DNA of 32,000 bases from Dickeya dadantii NCPPB 898 (GTDB lineage Bacteria > Pseudomonadota > Gammaproteobacteria > Enterobacterales > Enterobacteriaceae), in contig NZ_CM001976.1 of NCBI RefSeq assembly GCF_000406145.1, positions 1,298,629 through 1,330,628 of the forward strand, read 5' to 3'. Position 1 is the first letter of the stretch. Every line of letters begins with the position of its first letter. Positions 28,182-32,000 of the stretch are shown piece after piece. The position numbers were made by a program, and so were the translations under genes. The notes under the pieces are model-generated. The model had not been told where the DNA came from, ran no database searches, and saw nothing but the letters and a program-made list of their open reading frames with translations.

Positions 28182-28355
28182 ACTATTCCTCTTGGGTTTA
28201 AGCAGAATGAGCAATGACGCTGTGCCGCAGGCAGTGATGTCTGCCCGAATGCGGCGCAGAGATTACCCTGATTATTTATCGTGAACCCCGCAGGGCGCAA
28301 GTCACATTCGGCATAAAGGCGGCAGGGGATATGAATCCGCTCCGGGTGTCGCTGC

Positions 28356-28385
28356 AAAGAAAAAGCGGGCCGTTTGACGGCCCGC
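28356..28385 (-). terminator. Rho-independent terminator after miaB
   Basis: GCGGGCCG-TCAAA-CGGCCCGC forms an 8-bp GC stem at 28365-28385, followed on the minus strand by TTTTTCTTT. Confidence 0.8.
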
Positions 28386-28406
28386 CTGAAAACGATCATC
28401 CGCGTA

Positions 28407-29837
28407 TTACGGCTGATAGATACCAACGCCGAGTTCGTTCTCTTTGCGGGTACGAGCGATAACCGACGTCGGCGACTCGCTAACGCGCAGATCCATTTGA
28501 TCTTCGGTACGGACAACCACGCCACGCAGCGAGTTCGGATAAACGTCGACAATTTCCACGTCGACGAATTTGCCGATCATGTCGGGCGTTCCTTCGAAGT
28601 TCACTACACGGTTATTTTCAGTACGGCCGGACAGCTCCATCACGCTTTTACGCGAGGTGCCCTCCACCAGAATACGCTGCACCGAGCCCATCATTCGGCG
28701 GCTGTACTGCATGGCCTGCTGATTGATGCGTTCCTGCAGAATGTACAGGCGCTGCTTCTTCTCTGCTTCGGTCACGTCGTCCACCATGTCGGCGGCCGGA
28801 GTACCGGGGCGAGGCGAGTAGATAAAGCTGAAACTCATGTCGAAATCGACATCGGCGATCAGCTTCATGGTCTGCTCGAAATCCTCCTGCGTTTCGCCCG
28901 GGAAACCGACGATAAAGTCGGAACTGATCTGAATCGCCGGGCGCGCTTTACGCAGTTTGCGGATGATGGCCTTGTATTCCAGCGCGGTGTGGCGGCGCTT
29001 CATCATGGTCAGTACGCGGTCGGAACCGCTCTGAACCGGCAGGTGCAGGAAGCTCACCAACTCCGGCGTATCTTCGTACACGCTGATGATATCGTCGGTG
29101 AATTCGATAGGATGGCTGGTGATGAAGCGGATGCGGTCGATACCGTCAATCGTCGCCACCAGACGCAGCAGTTCGGCAAAACTGCAGATGTCGTCATTGT
29201 GCATGGCACCGCGGTAAGCGTTTACGTTCTGGCCCAGCAGGTTGACTTCGCGTACGCCCTGAGCCGCCAGTTGGGCGATTTCAAACAGAACGTCGTCAAC
29301 CGGGCGGCTGACTTCTTCGCCGCGGGTATAAGGCACCACGCAGAAGGTGCAATACTTGTTGCAGCCTTCCATGATGGACACGAATGCGGTCGGCCCTTCG
29401 GCGCGCGGTTCCGGCAGGCGGTCAAATTTTTCCACTTCCGGGAAACTGATGTCCACGATCGGGCTGCGGGTACCCTGCACGTGGTTAATCATTTCCGGCA
29501 GGCGATGCAAAGTCTGCGGCCCGAAGATGACGTCCACGTAGTGCGCGCGGTCGCGAATGTGTTCACCTTCCTGCGACGCCACGCAGCCGCCCACGCCGAT
29601 AATCAGATTCGGGTTGACGTCTTTGAGCGTTTTCCAGCGGCCGAGCTGATGAAACACTTTTTCCTGCGCCTTTTCACGGATCGAACAGGTATTCAGCAGC
29701 AGAATGTCGGCTTCTTCCGCGACCTCGGTCAGCTGGTAACCGTGCGTACTTTCCAGGAGGTCGGCTATCTTCGATGAATCGTATTCATTCATCTGACAGC
29801 CCCAGGTTTTGATATGCAGTTTCTTTGTCATCGTCAT
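28407..29837 (-). CDS. miaB: tRNA-i6A37 methylthiotransferase MiaB
   Basis: The radical-SAM motif CNKYCTFC is present. (MT)[19 protein letters not shown] is colinear with E. coli MiaB. Two in-frame ATGs (29837 and 29831) cannot be distinguished; E. coli aligns with the second. Confidence 0.95.
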   Translation of the reverse strand: MTMTKKLHIKTWGCQMNEYDSSKIADLLESTHGYQLTEVAEEADILLLNTCSIREKAQEKVFHQLGRWKTLKDVNPNLIIGVGGCVASQEGEHIRDRAHYVDVIFGPQTLHRLPEMINHVQGTRSPIVDISFPEVEKFDRLPEPRAEGPTAFVSIMEGCNKYCTFCVVPYTRGEEVSRPVDDVLFEIAQLAAQGVREVNLLGQNVNAYRGAMHNDDICSFAELLRLVATIDGIDRIRFITSHPIEFTDDIISVYEDTPELVSFLHLPVQSGSDRVLTMMKRRHTALEYKAIIRKLRKARPAIQISSDFIVGFPGETQEDFEQTMKLIADVDFDMSFSFIYSPRPGTPAADMVDDVTEAEKKQRLYILQERINQQAMQYSRRMMGSVQRILVEGTSRKSVMELSGRTENNRVVNFEGTPDMIGKFVDVEIVDVYPNSLRGVVVRTEDQMDLRVSESPTSVIARTRKENELGVGIYQP

Positions 29838-30052
29838 CGACTAGCCATTACTCAGTGCGGGTAAACACGCTTACCTTCAATGGGGCGCGTACATGCGGGC
29901 GCGTATTGTAATCTTTTGCCGTCGTTGTGACCAGAGCGAGCGGCTCGTCGCTTTTCTGAAAAACGTTGCCGAAATCCAGTAAACTATCGCCATCTTTTGT
30001 CTTTCTGGCGCATGAGTCTTTTGATATGCGCAATAGAAACAGTGGGGCAGGT

Positions 30053-31219
30053 ATGCACTATGATGCGGTGATTGTAGGCGGAGGCATGGTGGGCGCCGCC
30101 GCTGCGTTGGGGCTGGCGCAGAGCGGTTTTCAGGTGGCGGTGTTGGAGCAGGAAACGCCGTTGCCGTTTGTTGCGGACAGCGCGCCGGACGTGCGGGTAT
30201 CGGCGATTGGTCAGGCGTCGGTCAGGCTGCTGGAACGGTTGGGAGCCTGGCAGGGCGTCGGGCTGATGCGCAGCGCGCCTTACCGACGACTCGAAACCTG
30301 GGAATGGGACAATGCGCATGTGGTGTTTGATGCGGCCGACCTTGGGTTATCCGAACTGGGGTTTATGGTGGAGAACCGTATTCTGCAACTGGCGTTATGG
30401 CAGGTGCTGGAGAGGGCGCCCGGCGTGACGCTGCTGTGCCCATGGCAATTGCAGGGCATGCGTCGCGAGGGCGAGCAATGGGTGCTGATTAGCGAGCGGG
30501 GCGACAGCCTGTCCGCGTCGCTGGTGATTGGCGCTGATGGCGCTAATTCGAAAATTCGCCAGTGGGCGGGCATTGGTATTACGGGCTGGCAATATCGTCA
30601 GTCCTGCATGCTGATCAGCGCCGAAATGACCGGCCCGCAACAGGATGTGACCTGGCAGCGCTTTACGCCGTCCGGGCCGCGCGCGTTTTTGCCGCTGTTT
30701 GACGGCTGGTGCTCGCTGGTGTGGTACGACAGCCCGTCGCGTATCCGCCAGTTGCAGGCGATGTCGCTTCCCCAACTGAACAAGGCCATCGCCGAGACGT
30801 TTCCTGCGCGGCTGGGTGCGGTCAATGCGGTGGCGGCCGGCGCGTTTCCGCTGGTGCGGCGCCATGCGCAGCAGTATGTGTTACCGGGGCTGGCCCTGAT
30901 TGGTGACGCTGCGCATACCATCAATCCGCTGGCGGGGCAGGGCGTTAACCTTGGGTATCGCGATGTTTCCACGCTGCTTGACGTGGTAATCCGGGCGCGT
31001 GATGAAGGCGCGGTCTGGTACGGCGAGCCGGTGCTGCGGCGTTATCAGCGGCAGCGCAAGCCTGACAATCTGCTGATGCAAAGCGGCATGGATCTGTTTT
31101 ACGGTGCATTCAGTAACCGGCTGCCGCCGCTTGAGTTTGCCCGCAATCTGGCGTTGATGGCGGCGCAACGCGCCGGAAAACTGAAACAGCAGGCGCTGCG
31201 CTACGCGTTGGGATTGTAA
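30053..31219 (+). CDS. ubiF: FAD-dependent ubiquinone-biosynthesis hydroxylase UbiF (388 aa from the ATG at 30053)
   Basis: The GxGxxG motif (VGGGMVG) lies right at the N-terminus, and the protein is colinear with E. coli UbiF (..YRRLETWEW...GADGANS...GDAAHTI.PLAGQGVNLG.RD). The ATG at 30053 is preceded by a GGGG/CAGG purine run. An alternative ATG lies at 30026. Confidence 0.88.
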   Translation: MHYDAVIVGGGMVGAAAALGLAQSGFQVAVLEQETPLPFVADSAPDVRVSAIGQASVRLLERLGAWQGVGLMRSAPYRRLETWEWDNAHVVFDAADLGLSELGFMVENRILQLALWQVLERAPGVTLLCPWQLQGMRREGEQWVLISERGDSLSASLVIGADGANSKIRQWAGIGITGWQYRQSCMLISAEMTGPQQDVTWQRFTPSGPRAFLPLFDGWCSLVWYDSPSRIRQLQAMSLPQLNKAIAETFPARLGAVNAVAAGAFPLVRRHAQQYVLPGLALIGDAAHTINPLAGQGVNLGYRDVSTLLDVVIRARDEGAVWYGEPVLRRYQRQRKPDNLLMQSGMDLFYGAFSNRLPPLEFARNLALMAAQRAGKLKQQALRYALGL

Positions 31220-31385
31220 ACCCCGCTGCCTGTGACCGCTGCGGGGCGTGATGATTATTTCTTCGCCGTCATACCGTTTTCATGCCGTGTCGCTACATTG
31301 ATACCGCTCTGTCGGTGAAGAGACGGCCTGCATTAAGGCGTTATCCTGCGGCACCGCGATTTTTTATCTTTGAGTAGTGAAACTG

Positions 31386-31715
31386 ATGACCTATTTATTT
31401 CTTTGTCTGGCGATTGTGTCAGAGGTGGTGGCGACAACGGCGCTGAAATTGTCGGAGAGTTTTACCCGGCCGGTGCCAAGTATCGTGACACTGGTGTTCT
31501 ACGCTATCGCATTTTACTGTCTGACTATTTCCATGCGGGTGTTGCCGACCGGCGTGATTTACGCCATTTGGTCGGGAGCCGGGATTGTGTTGATCGCGGC
31601 GATAAGCTGGATTTTTTACGATCAACGATTGGACTGGCCGGCGGTATTGGGAATGGCACTAATTATTGCCGGCGTGGCGGTGATTAATCTGTTTTCCAAT
31701 TCCGTAGCGCACTAA
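31386..31715 (+). CDS. Small multidrug resistance (SMR) transporter, EmrE/Qac subtype (109 aa)
   Basis: Four predicted TM helices are present. The membrane-embedded Glu (IVSEVVATT), YAIWSG and the overall alignment to E. coli EmrE (as recalled) are clear. The ATG at 31386 is preferred over the GTG at 31377. Confidence 0.85.
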   Translation: MTYLFLCLAIVSEVVATTALKLSESFTRPVPSIVTLVFYAIAFYCLTISMRVLPTGVIYAIWSGAGIVLIAAISWIFYDQRLDWPAVLGMALIIAGVAVINLFSNSVAH

Positions 31716-31800
31716 ATTGTGAATCCGGTACTGACGCCAGCGCTGTACCGGTTATTGATGCAAATGCTGGATGCGCGATAACAGACTGAATGACTGGTAA

Positions 31801-31831
31801 AAAAGAAAAAGCCCGTTTTCACGGGCTTTTC
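31801..31831. terminator. Bidirectional terminator shared by the SMR gene (+) and the tRNA operon (-)
   Basis: AAAAGAAAAA-AGCCCG-(6-nt loop)-CGGGCT-TTTTC: the stem spans 31810-31827, with an A-tract and a T-tract on the two sides. Confidence 0.8.
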
Positions 31832-31835
31832 TGTA

Positions 31836-31910
31836 TGGCTGGGGTACGAGGATTCGAACCTCGGGATGGCGGAATCAGAATCCGCTGCCTTACCGCTTGG
31901 CGATACCCCA
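31836..31910 (-). tRNA. tRNA-Gln (anticodon CUG), 75 nt including CCA
   Basis: The reverse complement, TGGGGTATCGCCAAGCGGTAAGGCAGCGGATTCTGATTCCGCCATCCCGAGGTTCGAATCCTCGTACCCCAGCCA, folds as a cloverleaf and nearly equals E. coli glnV/glnX. Confidence 0.95.
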
Positions 31911-31919
31911 ATTTTAAGA

Positions 31920-31996
31920 TGGTGGCTACGACGGGAATCGAACCTGTGACCCCAGCATTATGAGTGCTGTGCTCTAACCAGCTGAGCTACGTAGCC
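31920..31996 (-). tRNA. Elongator tRNA-Met (anticodon CAU), 77 nt including CCA
   Basis: The reverse complement, GGCTACGTAGCTCAGCTGGTTAGAGCACAGCACTCATAATGCTGGGGTCACAGGTTCGATTCCCGTCGTAGCCACCA, nearly equals E. coli metT/metU. It is separated from tRNA-Gln by a 9-nt spacer, and the operon continues beyond the window. Confidence 0.93.
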
Positions 31997-32000
31997 AAAT

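Noticed and set aside
27171-29777. 348-aa and 467-aa plus-strand ORFs (27171-28217 and 28374-29777).
   Set aside because: They are antisense shadows of ybeZ and miaB, with no Shine-Dalgarno sequences, no motifs and an R/H/G/V-rich composition.
31220-31385. A guanidine (mini-ykkC, ykkC-III) or other riboswitch upstream of the SMR gene.
   Set aside because: There are no paired ACGR-loop hairpins and no CCGGACG-type core. The gene is the EmrE/Qac subtype, which is not usually riboswitch-controlled. Only weak hairpins are present.
31716-31835. Integration scar or att repeat between the SMR gene and tRNA-Gln.
   Set aside because: No copy of the tRNA 3' end occurs elsewhere in 31220-31835, and there are no integrase or IS fragments. 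The CCGGTAC..GTACCGG hairpin (31725-31751) is an isolated stem.
1-32000. A whole-window scan for CRISPR arrays, IS or transposase genes, prophage or defence genes, rRNA, and large repeats.
   Set aside because: None was found. The only repeats are the lipB 18-bp triplet and the 13-bp doublet at 3513-3540. Every ORF longer than 100 aa that is not an antisense shadow is a recognisable housekeeping gene.

Overview
This window is a conserved housekeeping segment of a GC-rich Enterobacterales chromosome. The species cannot be determined from the sequence alone. I found no mobile element, CRISPR array, defence or toxin cluster, or uncharacterised multi-gene system, so my honest conclusion is that this is an ordinary core region.

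Layout:
- The left ~3 kb carries ypfH (truncated at the window edge), then ypfN, an M15 peptidase, dapE and yffB on the minus strand, and the 19-aa small protein gene ypfM.
- A ~0.6 kb AT-rich non-coding junction follows.
- The remainder is colinear with the E. coli block as I recall it: cspE, crcB, ybeM, tatE, lipA, lipB, ybeD, dacA, rlpA, rodA, mrdA, rlmH, rsfS, nadD, holA, lptE, leuS | ybeL | gltLKJI, lnt, corC, ybeY, ybeZ, miaB | ubiF, then a tRNA (Gln/Met) cluster.
- The E. coli accessory genes I remember in this block are absent here: pagP, ybeF, cobC and the ybeQ..rihA block.
- An EmrE-like SMR efflux gene is inserted between ubiF and the tRNAs.

I call 35 CDS, 2 tRNAs, one fluoride riboswitch, one SroC-like sRNA region, one tandem repeat, 12 intrinsic terminators and 5 promoter candidates.

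Items worth a second look are small-scale:
1. A clear fluoride riboswitch with a compensatory pseudoknot change upstream of crcB.
2. A near-consensus sigma54 -24/-12 promoter fused to the lnt terminator and facing gltI, with two NtrC-like dyads lying downstream of it rather than upstream.
3. An SroC-like sRNA and attenuator in the gltI-gltJ spacer, plus a C/A-rich GcvB-type site at the gltI ribosome-binding site.
4. A 3 x 18 bp in-frame tandem repeat at the 5' end of lipB.
5. ypfM, which the ORF track misses, with its long 3' UTR.
6. An orphan non-coding spacer containing a 13-bp tandem direct repeat.
7. A run of non-ATG start codons: rsfS TTG, nadD TTG, lptE GTG, ybeZ TTG.

All orthologue comparisons come from memory of E. 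coli proteins. No database search or computation was run.
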